A DNA stretch of 61,315 bases, filler included, from Hausera hauseri (taxonomy: Eukaryota): assembly GCA_046269625.1 (NCBI GenBank). It is 10 parts of 10 records of this genome, joined end to end, with 100 filler letters (N's around TTAATTAATTAA, not from the genome) between each part and the next. Parts side by side here need not be neighbours in the genome. Positions count along the whole stretch, not along the records: positions 46,685 to 61,315 come from JBJURY010566560.1; 9 more parts are not named here. The stretch is one strand, 5' to 3'. This document shows positions 50,421 through 61,315 of this stretch, piece by piece. Below the pieces are notes generated by a model. It did no database searches. It was given only the letters and a program-made list of their open reading frames with translations, and was not told the DNA's origin. Numbering within the stretch: position 1 is the stretch's first letter; the number at the start of each line of letters is the position of its first letter. The translations under genes were made by a program, and so were the position numbers.

Positions 50421-52410
50421 TACTATGAAGCATTAAGAAGTATGTTTCAAAAGCATTCTATTCAAAACTTTCAGGTTAAGAATAACATCGCAGCACATCA
50501 TGTGTCAGCTAAGTGGGGTAACCTCGGAGTTACTGAAAGGTTAGTGAAAAAAGGAGCCCATTAGGAATGCAACACAAGGGATGGACTGACTCCTCTTCAT
50601 TGTGCTGTTCGAATCGAGCATGAAAATGTCGTCGCGTATTTTCTAAAGGTAGGCTCCAATCATTCGGCCAAAACTAGATATGGCCTAACAGCGTTGCATA
50701 TGGCATCTCAAGGAGATCACGTAGAATGTGGGTAATTATTAATACAGCATGGAGCAAATATCCACGAAACGACTTTGGATCTCTTAACTCCATTGCACGT
50801 TGCTGTACATTGTGGACATGTTAGAATTTCCAAACTATTGATAGATCGTTCTTGTGAAATAAATGCACGAGCACTGAATGGCTTTACGCCTTTACATATT
50901 GTATGCAAAGAAAATCACGTTAAAATTGTCGAATTGCTGTTCAAATGTGGTTCGACGGTTGAAGCTACAACAGAATTTGGACTTTCACCTCTTCATGTTG
51001 CTGCCTTCATGGGCTACACTAATATTCCATAAATGTTAATTCAAAATGAGGCTAATCCTAATTCATCAACAGTACGATGCGAAATAATACTTCATTTAGC
51101 CACCAGAGCCCGTTAACAGGAAATGATAAAATTACTTTTGAAAAACGGCGCCATTGTTGAAGCTCGTGCAAAGGAACAACAAATTCCTTTGCACATTGCA
51201 GCACGATTGGGTAATGTGAATATTATTTCCACTTTATAATTAGGAACAGATCCAAAGGTTCAGGGGAGAAACGGTTTAACTCCTTTGCATCTAGCTGTTT
51301 ACTATTCATAAATGCTTATGGCCGATTTACTTTTGGAATTTCAAACATCACCGTTCAACACATCTAAAAATGGATAGCCGTATTTGCATATTGCATCCAG
51401 AAATAATTTACTGGACATTGCACAAAATCAATTGAAAATCAAGCAAATCCAAATTGTGAGTCTCATGACGGTTTTACTCCATTGCACCTTTGTAGTCAAG
51501 AAACAGACGCTAATGCCAAAGCAAAAAATCTCTTAAACAGAACACATTTAGCAGCTCAAGAAAATTGTGTAAATGTTGCAGAAATTTTGGAGTCGGCGGG
51601 TTGCGAGATATATTCCAAAACAAAAGCCGGATATACTCCACTGCATACGGCCTGTCACTTTGAACAACTGAATATGATTAAATGTCTTCTCCGGCACAAC
51701 TGTGATATCAACGCACAGGCGAATTTTGGTTTTACAGCACTTCATTTGGCAATTTCCGGTGAAGACAGCATACATGAAGGATATGCCAATGATCAAAATC
51801 ATTTTCTACGAGAGTCTGGATTAATAAAGGACTCCATTGTGAGAACAAAGGTAATCAGTGACTACGCTGTTGCTCTGACTGACTGGGACTACACACCAGA
51901 CAATGTTCTAGTTGCACGGAAACCAGTTACGTCAGTGTTCCTGGTATCGTTTCTTGTCGATGCTTCTATGCATGGCAGCCGTCATGTTGGACTGAGACAT
52001 TAGTTCCACGAAGTTCGGCAATTGCACCGACACGTGTTACATATCGAATGATTAGTGCAGATAGAGTTCTTCATCTACCGCTTCTTAATGATGGCGAGTG
52101 TTTAGCGTGCAGAATTATCGAAACGGGGCTTCATCCGTGTAAATTCAACACTCCCGTTTTATTGGAAATACAGTATTTTGCAACACTCCCTAAAGATAGA
52201 GAATCAGTTATCCTCCGTTGTGACAATGGTGAAGTACGGAAGGAATATTTGTTGGAAATGACAGATCAAGCTGTAGTCGATGCGTTAGGCACGTCATTCG
52301 GAGAAATACTGGAAACCGCCGAGGAATTGCGCGAATAGCGAATTGTTCGAATCCTGACGACCGGATTCCAAATCCATTTTGCTGTCATGCGATTGAAACA
52401 GGAGATTTTG
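50420..52410 (+). pseudogene. Intronless, heavily decayed ankyrin (ANK repeats + ZU5)
   Basis: Serial TPLH repeats ([34 protein letters not shown]), then FLVSFLVDA and LNDGECLACRIIE..FNTPVLLEI..RESVILRCDNG (ZU5). Many stops, frameshifts and deletions. Confidence 0.92.
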
Positions 52411-52489
52411 AATCCAGGTTCATTGGGGTCTACCACGAATACTGCAGACATCTCTGTGACAACTCAGACTATACAATCCGTTGGAATCT

Positions 52490-55400
52490 TTCAAAGTAAT
52501 TTTATGATTGGATATCTTTCTATATTTACGGAGCATTCAATAAACTGTATATCTGATGGATCGAGAATGACCACCCCCGCTGCACTGCGTCCACTTTCCC
52601 TTATTTTTTTCAATAATAAACATGGATACACACTAAGGGTTGCTTGCAAACATACGGTGCACATCCTTTATTATGCATTGTCTTCCTTTTTTGGTTCCAC
52701 CGACTTTTATTGCATGCACAATGGCTTGACTTTGTTACCCTCCGACTCTGTCATCTTTTGCATCCGGGAAACATTTAATGACACTAACTGTCCATTTTCG
52801 TATCCGTGGTGGATCAGACCCTTATCCTTCTGCCGAAAATTTAAACAAAACCAGATCTGTTTGTCGTCCTGCCAACCTCTCACCAATTACATCTCCAAAT
52901 CTTCCTTGCACAGATTTTTTTCTTAATAAAACCAATTCGAGTCGCACTTGGTTACAGTTCCATTTGCAATGGCTTAATGCCAATTATATTACAGACTTCT
53001 TTTTGCGGGCAAACAGTTTGCTGCTACTACTTCCAGCTAATATCAAGCAGCAAATCAACAATCTTGCTGACATACTTCTTCACGTCTATATGATATACTT
53101 TATGAATCAGTTCGGCATATCACCGACCCTTCCATTGACAGAATAATTCAGAAATACTTCAATTAACACGCCATCGGAAATCAAAAACCGTCGGATTTCC
53201 TTAAAACTGCAATCTCGCAATTGACCTACTTGGGCGTCACTACCATAAATAATGCCGATCTTCTTCGTCCGTATTTTCTTTCATCCTTGCCAACCTCCAT
53301 TAGAGCGTTGCTCACGGTAGTAGACGAATCAGTGGCCCTTGAAAATCTCGCCCTATTAGCAGACAAAAGTTTTGACATTTTGCAGTCTAATAATTCAGAG
53401 CTAGTAGCTGCAGCAACCCCTCACACACCGTCACACGGATAACAGTTTATTTGCACAACAACTGCATATGATGCAGAAGCAATTTGACACACTACAACAG
53501 GCAATTTCTGCGATCACAGCCCAAATCAGTGACTTATCTGGGCCTCGAAAAAGCGAAAACCGTGTTTCGCGCAGTTGTAGTTTTTCCAGACACTCTGCTC
53601 GATCAATTTCACCTGGCGGACGCATGACTTGATTTTATTACATGCGATTTCGAAGGAATGCTCGGAAATGTTTTTTTGGGTTGTTGGTTCTACAGGAACG
53701 GTACGCTGTGGACAATCCCATTTGCATTTATCACAATAAGTTTCAGTCACGAGCTAGGTCGTGTGTGCCAGGATGTAAATATTATAAAAAGAATTCTAGT
53801 TTTTCTTCATCTTCGTCGCTTCCTCGCACTCATCATTCCTTCTCTTTCTCCCAACAAGCCTGAAAAAACTAATAACGCCGCCAGATGCCACGGCACATTC
53901 TGGTATAGGCAATACCGCTGAATCTTCTGGCCGTTTCAACACCACCTCTGCAGTCTTTCTGTTGAAAGCTGATCTGTTATTTGGAGACACATCACACATA
54001 GACTTGCTTATTGATTCAGGAGCTGCCTTTTCACTTCTTTCTTCGTCTTTCTCTCCTACCTCCAACACAGTTCTCTCTCCTCAACTCTTCACTGCCTGTG
54101 GCCAACCCTTGAACATTGTAGGTACCACAAAGCTGTCCTTCACATTCTACAACCCACCAGGGAAATTATCTTGGGAATTTTATATAGCCAATATTAGATC
54201 GCCAATAATATGTTCCAATTTCCTGGCTGCATACGATTTGTTAGTCGACCGTAAGTATAGATGTCTGCTGAGCAGAAACTCCGTTACAAATGCCAAAAAT
54301 GCTCACCAGGTGATTCGTCGTGCATCTTGTTTTCCTCTGTTTATTTAAATGTCAATTTGACATGCTGTTCATCAGCTGATAACAACACACTTAATAATTC
54401 ATCAATATTTTAAACCTCGTCAAGTGGGAAAAAATCAATCTTGAAACAATCGGCTGAACCGAATATCGTTAATGACGTATTCAGTCATTCTACATCAATT
54501 ACAGCCACTGACTCTATATGATATGCCCTCATCGTTCCTATGGTTGATTTTTGGTCTTAAATCCTACATCAAAACCTCTTGTTTCCGTATTCTCAAGATG
54601 AAAGTCAATTTCAAGCCGCATTACATAACTTATCACCACATAGTCACCGAACATCAAAGACCTATTAGACAAAAGGTCAGACCACTGTCACCTCGCAGGC
54701 GAAAAGCTGTTGAGTCAGAGTTCAATAAGCTCGAAAAGCCTGGCATTATTCGTAGATCCAAGTCACCATGGGCTTCACCATTGCATGTAGTAAAAAAGAA
54801 AGATGGCACTTACAGACCATGTGGTCACTATTGTCAGTTAAATAATTTAAAAGTCTTGGATGGTTACCATTTACCTCTTATAAATGACATCCTGAACAGC
54901 CTTACCAACACTAACACGTACTCCACAATTGACTTTCATAAAGCATATCATCAAATTCCTGTTGCACCTGATGATATTCCAAAAACTGCTGTTATTACTC
55001 CATTTGGCCTCTACGAATATATCTTTATGCCATTTGGTTTACGTAGTGCTTCTCAAACTTTCCAACGGCACATTGATACCGTATTCTTAGGTCTTGACTT
55101 CGCTCATCCATATATTGATGACGTATTGGTTGCCTTTACATCTGTCAAACAACATCAAGAACACCTTCGTATTATCTTTCACAGATTACATCACAGCAAT
55201 TTGCAAGTCAACTTCGCCAAATGTCACTTCTTTCAAAAACGCGTAAATTTCCTAGGTCACGTCATCACTCCTCACAGCCACTCTCCACAACAGGATCAAC
55301 TACAACAATTAAAGAACATAACTCTACTAACGACTACCACGGATATGAGAAGCTTCTTAGGCACACTCCATTTCATCCACAAATACGTACCTCATTGTTC

Positions 55401-57520
55401 TGAGCTCATAGCATCTTTTGCCCATTTATCATCCGGAAAAAAGGCAGTTGATTTACTGGACTCCTGATTTAGTCACTAAGTTTGACAACTTACGAGATGG
55501 CCTAAAATCCGTCGAAATACTGGCCTATCCAAAGCCCAACGCAGATCTAATACTTACCACCGATGCCTCGACTACAGCAACTAGTGCGATATTACACCAA
55601 ATATATAATGGTGTTGATGAACCATTAGAATTTTATTCCCGAAAGCTCACGCAACCCAAAAGCCGTTATTCAACATTTGACCGTGAGTTACTCACCATAG
55701 TTCCGGCAGTAAAACATTTTAAACACCTACTTCTCTCTCGTCCATTTGTAATTCAAACTGATCACAAGTCTCTCCTGCTCATCGTGTCGTTAAAACAGCC
55801 ATCACCGAGGCAAGAGAGACATATATCATGCCTGTCTACGTTTAGCTTTGTGTTGGAATATATTTCAGGCATAGACAATTTAGTATCAGACTTTTTCTCG
55901 AGGTCGGTTGGATTTATTACAGTTGAGCCAATTTTCTCATCCGAAGTCTTAAAGGCAAATCAACCGTCTGTTAACTTCCCTAGTCCTTTCAAGTCCTTCA
56001 AAATCATTGATGGCATTGCTTTTGATACGTCGAATTCCGGTAATAAAAAGATAATTCTAACTACACCTTTACAAAAACCAGCTTTCCTTTATAGGCACTC
56101 ACTCCATCATACGGGTTCGAAAGCAACCTTTCGTCTGCTTCAACGTCATGTAGTCTGGCCATCAATGCGCAAAGATGTACAGGGCTGGATTAAGAAATGC
56201 GTAGCCTGTCAAAAATACAAAATTAACAAACATCCGAAACCGCCGCTTTACCATTTCCTCTGTACATCACCCTTTCATACAGTTCATCTTGATCTCGTTG
56301 CTCCTTTACGTTCAGACAACGGATATGAACACATACTTACAATGATGGGTCTTGCTACTTGCTGGTCTGAAACCGTTCCTCTTCGTTCAACGAACACTAA
56401 GTCAGTTGCCGACGCTTTTATTAAAATCTGAATCAGTTGCTTTGGTTCTCCACGTTATGTAATAACGGATCAAGGTCCACAATTTAAGTTGGAACTTTTC
56501 ATATTGCATGTCAAGGGTTTGGGAATATCCCATTTCCATACTACACCATATCATCCTCAAGCAAACGGCCTCCTTGAAAGGTTCCATCGCACAATGAAAA
56601 ATTTTCTAAAAATCTTGGCTGACACTTATCGTAATTGGACGTCCATTCTACCATTTGTTCTACTAGGTTGGCGCAACACACCCTCAACCACTACCGGTTG
56701 TGCTCCAACCGAAGCACTCTTTGGGACTTAAATTCGGGCCTTATTTGAGTTTCCTGATCTCAACGACAACCCTACAGATGAAAAATTCGTTTCTGCACAA
56801 TCCCACTTCGTCGAGGTCAGCTCAGATTCATTTTGTCGCCTCTTCAACAACAACAAATCCTATATTCAGAAAGATTTATACTCCGCCAAGTTTGTGTGGT
56901 TGAAAGATCAATCGCCTTCGGGTTTTAGACCTCAATATGTTAACCCGTATAAACTGTTGAATCTTTCATCTCATACAGCTACAATTTTACGCCAAGGTAT
57001 ACCTTACAACATCCACATTTCGAATCTGAAGCCCCCTTTCTTCATTAATGACAATCCGTATGCCAACTCTACCGCTAATTAAAATTCAACTCCTACTCCT
57101 ACCGATTTTCTAAACGACTTTGCGCCGTTGCAGCAATCACTGTTTTGTCACACTCAAGCATCATGTCCTTCATCCGTCTCGCTTCCCTCTCAGTCATCAT
57201 GCTCACCACTTTCTTCACCTCCTTTACCCACGTCGACAATTTCATCACCTCCAATTGCATCGCCTTTTTTGCTCGACTCATCTTCTGTATCATCTTCATC
57301 GGAAAATATCACTCAACATCCTATCATAAATCCGTCCAGTAAGGCACGCAGGGTGACATTCAGTACCTACGGCAGAGAAAAGTTCGGTGATGATACACAA
57401 CGCCTAACTCATACTAAAACCGAATAGACGGTAAACACTGTTCCTCTCATCCTTATTATGGTTATCATTCCTTTTCATCCTTACATAGTTTCTCTTCTGC
57501 CACGGGGAGGGGGGGGTGCT
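52490..57520 (+). mobile_element. Near full-length decayed CsRn1-like Ty3/gypsy element: (Ubl)-gag 52567-~53900, pol ~53960-57080, PPT 57504-57516
   Basis: Gag IGNQKPSDFL, FLSSLP..LENLALLADK, CHCC knuckle CIYHNKFQSRARSCVPGC; PR LIDSGA; RT YIDD; RH TTDAS, YSTFDRELL; IN HHTG..CVAC, YHPQANGLLERFHR; GGGGAGGGGGGGG followed by TG. No matching LTR pair identified. Confidence 0.92.
52567..52813 (+). other. Putative ubiquitin-like domain (ends RIRGG) N-terminal to Gag, split by one frameshift
   Basis: LIFFNNKHGYTLRVACKHTVHILYYALSSFFGSTDFYCMHNGLTLL / PTLSSFASGKHLMTLTVHFRIRGG aligns by eye with ubiquitin TITLEV..DTI..LIFAGKQL..RTLSDY..TLHLVLRLRGG. Confidence 0.6.
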
Positions 57521-57999
57521 GTGATGCCGCGGTCGTGGACACAATTTGTGTCCTATCAACACCCATGGATCATCATATCAATCATAAACAGATCAAATAC
57601 TCTTTGTGCGCCTCCACCTGACCTGCGTCGGTTTTAAACAATTACCAATCGGATTTAAACAACTATCAGCCAGTTTTCAATTCAACTTCCGCTCCAAACA
57701 CAGATACTGAAGTCAGCTCAAATCCAAATTGTTTCAATATATGGTTACGTCATCTCACATCTACAATATTCTGCACAATATTTTCATGTCTACAATAATC
57801 AAATCTAACGACATTTTGCACTTTTACGATTTTCCTTCGCTCGTTGTGGTTATCGCATGTTTTATTTTTTTTTACTCTATGGAAACTATATATAACTATT
57901 TGCAAATTGTAGATATATTGAATAATTGATTTTGTAAAATTTGAAAATAAAATTAGTTGTCGTATATTCACTGTTCTCTCATTCTTTTGGATTTAACCT

Positions 58000-60290
58000 T
58001 TTTCTTCTCTATTGGAATTATTTGCTACGTTTACCACATATACCTCTCCTAAAATAGTGTCAGAACATTCCCATTCGAATCATGATGATGTGGGTAACGA
58101 AATAGAAATAAATTTCGGTAAACCAGTGGAGTCTGTGAATAATTCTTCAACCATTTCTATAATGATTGAAACAGTTCAAAGCAAATATTTAAATTTTCAG
58201 TGGCCTTTACTTCCTCGCAAAAGTTGTCTTCATTGGAGTGTCACTTATGCAGAAAGTAAAATTAACGAGGATTTCGTTGTTGACGAAACAGTTTCTGGAA
58301 ATTAGTTACCCGGTGACTTAATCGAAACCATTTCTTCAGATACTAGAAATCACGCTGAATGCAATTTCATACCCAATTGTTTTTATTATTTGCTTCCACG
58401 ACTTCTTGTAGTGCCGATTTTTCAGTTCTTATATTTACAAGAAATTAATGAGCATTTCCATAGACTTTCGTATAATGAAGACGATAAAATTACGTTAAAA
58501 GATGTGACTTCTATATATAATGAAAATAGATTCTATTATTATGACTCTTCGTAAAGTTTCTGAAATCAATGTCGTAAATTCCCGTATCCGATCTCTTCAT
58601 TTAAAGGAATTTTATCCTCAGTGCTCTGAATTACAGTTTGACAATAAGTGTGTGAAATTAGAGGAAATGGATATTACTGGAAATAAAGCTCCAGAACTTT
58701 CTGCATTTTTTAATTCAGAGTTTATCATGAATGGCGATCTTTACGTTTTAAACGACAATAGGAAGCCTGTCAATTCTGTCGTATAATTATTTGAAAATAT
58801 TATCCTAATTCACAAAGAGGACACTAGTTTCATGAAAAAGAATCAGTTGAGTCAAAGTCCATCACTAAAATTAAAAAAGATAGTACCACTGGAATGTATA
58901 CATGTAATAGATTCTGGCGTGATTACATATTCTAATCCTGGTTCGATCTTTGAGATCCATCTAGAATCGCTAAATAATTCGTTGCCGTATAATGATGAGA
59001 CTTGTTTCAGTGGATCTTACTGTGTACCATACATTTCGATTGCTTTATAAAGATTCGAGACAGTCAGCTGGAGGTGCACCCACATTTATATTGAATTTTA
59101 CTGCAGATTCACTAGAAAAAAACGTGATTGAATGTCTAGTTTATTACACATACAAACCAATCGGCTGTTTGAAAAATATGTCACAGAACTACCTCGTCAA
59201 GAAATTCCCTTACGCCTTCCAGATCCAACGAAGTACAGATTTTTTGAACCAGATTCGTTGGAAAATATTAGATTCGACAAATCTAGTGATAACAGCCCTT
59301 CTGAATTGAGTGATGATGAGGACTATGAAAATGTTTTTTTTGATATCAACTATTACAAAGGGAATCGTAAATTCGATAACTTCGGACATCCTCAAATCAG
59401 ATATGCAACTCTTTATAAATTGATTGAACGACTCACTTATCACACGTACCACGATGAGGGAGCTTTACACATGTTTTACTGGCTTACGGAAGATTTACAA
59501 CATCACACGAATTATTAGATTTACTAATTGAAAGATTTAATGTTCCAAATCCTGAATTTCTTCCAGAACAAATTTCAGAATGGAAATTTGGACAAACACC
59601 TGCTGAACAGATGCTTAAACGATTTAAAAATTCTTATCAACGGAGACTTCAACGTCGAGTTGTATGGGTTTTACAGAAATAGGTGCAAAATCCTAGTCTT
59701 CAAATCAAACTTTGAAAATGACTCACTTTTGCGACAGAAATTGCTTTATTTTCTTGCAACGGTAAAAGCAAAACAATTGAGGAACGCTTGTTTTGTATTG
59801 AAACAAGTATGCTTACAATGTTCCCAACAGACCTATGAAGACAAAAATAATCGTAATATTCTACATCAAGACATTCCACCAACTATCACATGGGATATTG
59901 TTAAGAAGCCCTCAGATGTTTCCATTGTTAATGTTCATTTTGTTGAGTTGGCACGACAAATAACATTATATAAATGGGGTTTGTACCATAAAATTCAGTA
60001 CTGGGAAGTAAAAAGTAAAGAAGGTTCACCCCAAAGTACACCAAATTTAACGAAGTCAAAGGAATTTTCGAACAAAATTAGAAACTGGTTTGCGTTCTCA
60101 ATGCTTCGTGAAGAACATCCTGAAGACCGAGCTACTGCTATTATGCGAGTTGATGATATGACATTGTTCAATAATTGGAATAATTTTCAAGGCTATCAAG
60201 AATCCAGAGCACCATTGATTAGTGCTTCCGTATTTCTATTGAGAAAATCTTTAAATTATATTATTTGTCGATTTCGACATCACAAGTCGA
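58000..60290 (+). pseudogene. SOS: Intronless fragmented Son of sevenless RasGEF (DH-PH-REM-CDC25)
   Basis: YLLPRLLVVP (DH), EFIMNGDL (PH), LRLPDPTKYRFFEPDSLENIRF, IRYATLYKLIERLTYH (REM), HFVELARQITL, PNLTK..FSN (CDC25). Frameshifts and stops; start approximate. Confidence 0.88.
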
Positions 60291-60793
60291 TTATTAACCC
60301 GCTTGTTCATGTTGTATCATTGATTTGGGTAAATTGTGAGAATAAGATCAACATCGACAACATGGAGCATGGAAATCTATCAACTCCAACGAAGTTTAAG
60401 GATGATGTAGCGTTTAAAATGACTGGGAAGGCAAAGACCTTGGATTACAATGCACAAAATGACAAATCCGCAAAACAATCCAACGCAATCACGATTGATG
60501 TTATGTATGTCGATACAATTGGACCGTTAACAGAATTCAAGAATATTAATATTGATAGCTATCCGTTATCGTTGACTATTGAGCAATCCATGCATTTAGA
60601 CTTCCAGTATAACCCACTGAGATGCGATTTAACTCAGCGGGCTCTTAAAAAATTTGTCAATAACTACGGGGGAAATGTTGCAACTAACAGATGCCAATCC
60701 TGAACCTAAATCATATCTGGGGGTATTCACCGATGGTGTATTCGTCCATTCGATGGAAAGTCAATGCGCTGCAAAGACTCAAAAGAGACACAG

Positions 60794-61315
60794 TCAAAGT
60801 AATTTTTATTGGATTTTCATTAGACATTTCTCTCATTGATCAATCAACCAAGTAATTGTCTGACTGGGGAAGCGAACGTGACCGCCCCCGCTGCACTGCA
60901 TCCCCTTTCCATTCTTATTTTCTTCAATAATAAACATAAATACACACTAAGGGTTGCATGGAAACATACGGCGCACATCCTTTATTTTGCATTGTCTTCC
61001 TTTTTTGGATCTTCCGACTTTTATTGCATGCACAATGGCTTGACTCTGTTACCTTCGGACTCTGTCATCTTTTGCATCCGGAAAACATTCATTGATACTC
61101 CCTGTCCATTTTCGTATCCATGGTGGATTAGACACTGACCCTTCCACCGAAAATTTAACCAAAACCAGATCTGGTAGTCGTCCTGCCGACCCCTCACCAA
61201 TTACATCTCCTAATCTCCCTGGCATAGATTTTTTCTAGATAAAACCAATTCGAGTCGCACTTGGTTACAGTTTCATTTGCAATGGCTTAAAGCCAATCAT
61301 ATCACAGACTCCTTT
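60794..61315 (+). mobile_element. 5' part of a second copy of the Ubl-gag CsRn1-like element, running off the window end
   Basis: 60878-61315 is a close direct repeat of 52567-~53000; weaker similarity extends back to TCAAAGTAATTTT at 60794/52491. Confidence 0.9.

Noticed and set aside
57520-57720. 3' LTR pairing with a 5' LTR near 52420-52560
   Set aside because: It follows a good PPT, but I could not see similarity to the sequence upstream of gag.
60865-60882. tRNA-Trp primer-binding site (TGGGGAAGCGAACGTGAC)
   Set aside because: Only a partial match to the expected PBS and not conserved in the first copy.

Overview
This window is not one locus. It is 10 contigs joined by nine 100-bp artificial linkers (N44-TTAATTAATTAA-N44), so adjacency across a linker means nothing. 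Most contigs come from an AT-rich animal genome with ~46-nt introns and are dominated by decayed mobile elements: Ty3/gypsy retroelements (four CsRn1-like copies, two from another lineage), Tc1/IS630 and pogo/Tigger transposases, a Polinton-type protein-primed DNA polymerase, a non-LTR RNase H fragment and an LTR family. Host-gene relics include WDR70, eIF3i, HYOU1, TRMT10B, SLC25A26, ankyrin and SOS. Contig 19772-26406 is a teleost-like RTEL1 gene, probably host or contaminant DNA, which suggests a fish parasite (inference). The top observations are: (1) a chuvirus/gB-type class III glycoprotein lying upstream of, and possibly once fused to, a gypsy pol; (2) a ubiquitin-like domain ending in di-Gly in front of the Gag of a CsRn1-like family, seen in two copies with the same frame break; (3) an intronless virus-like cassette of IAP, tandem RING and Zn-ribbon ORFs; (4) an intact orphan ORF after a gypsy integrase; (5) a mosaic of captured gene fragments. 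All family calls come from motif recognition by eye; no searches were run.
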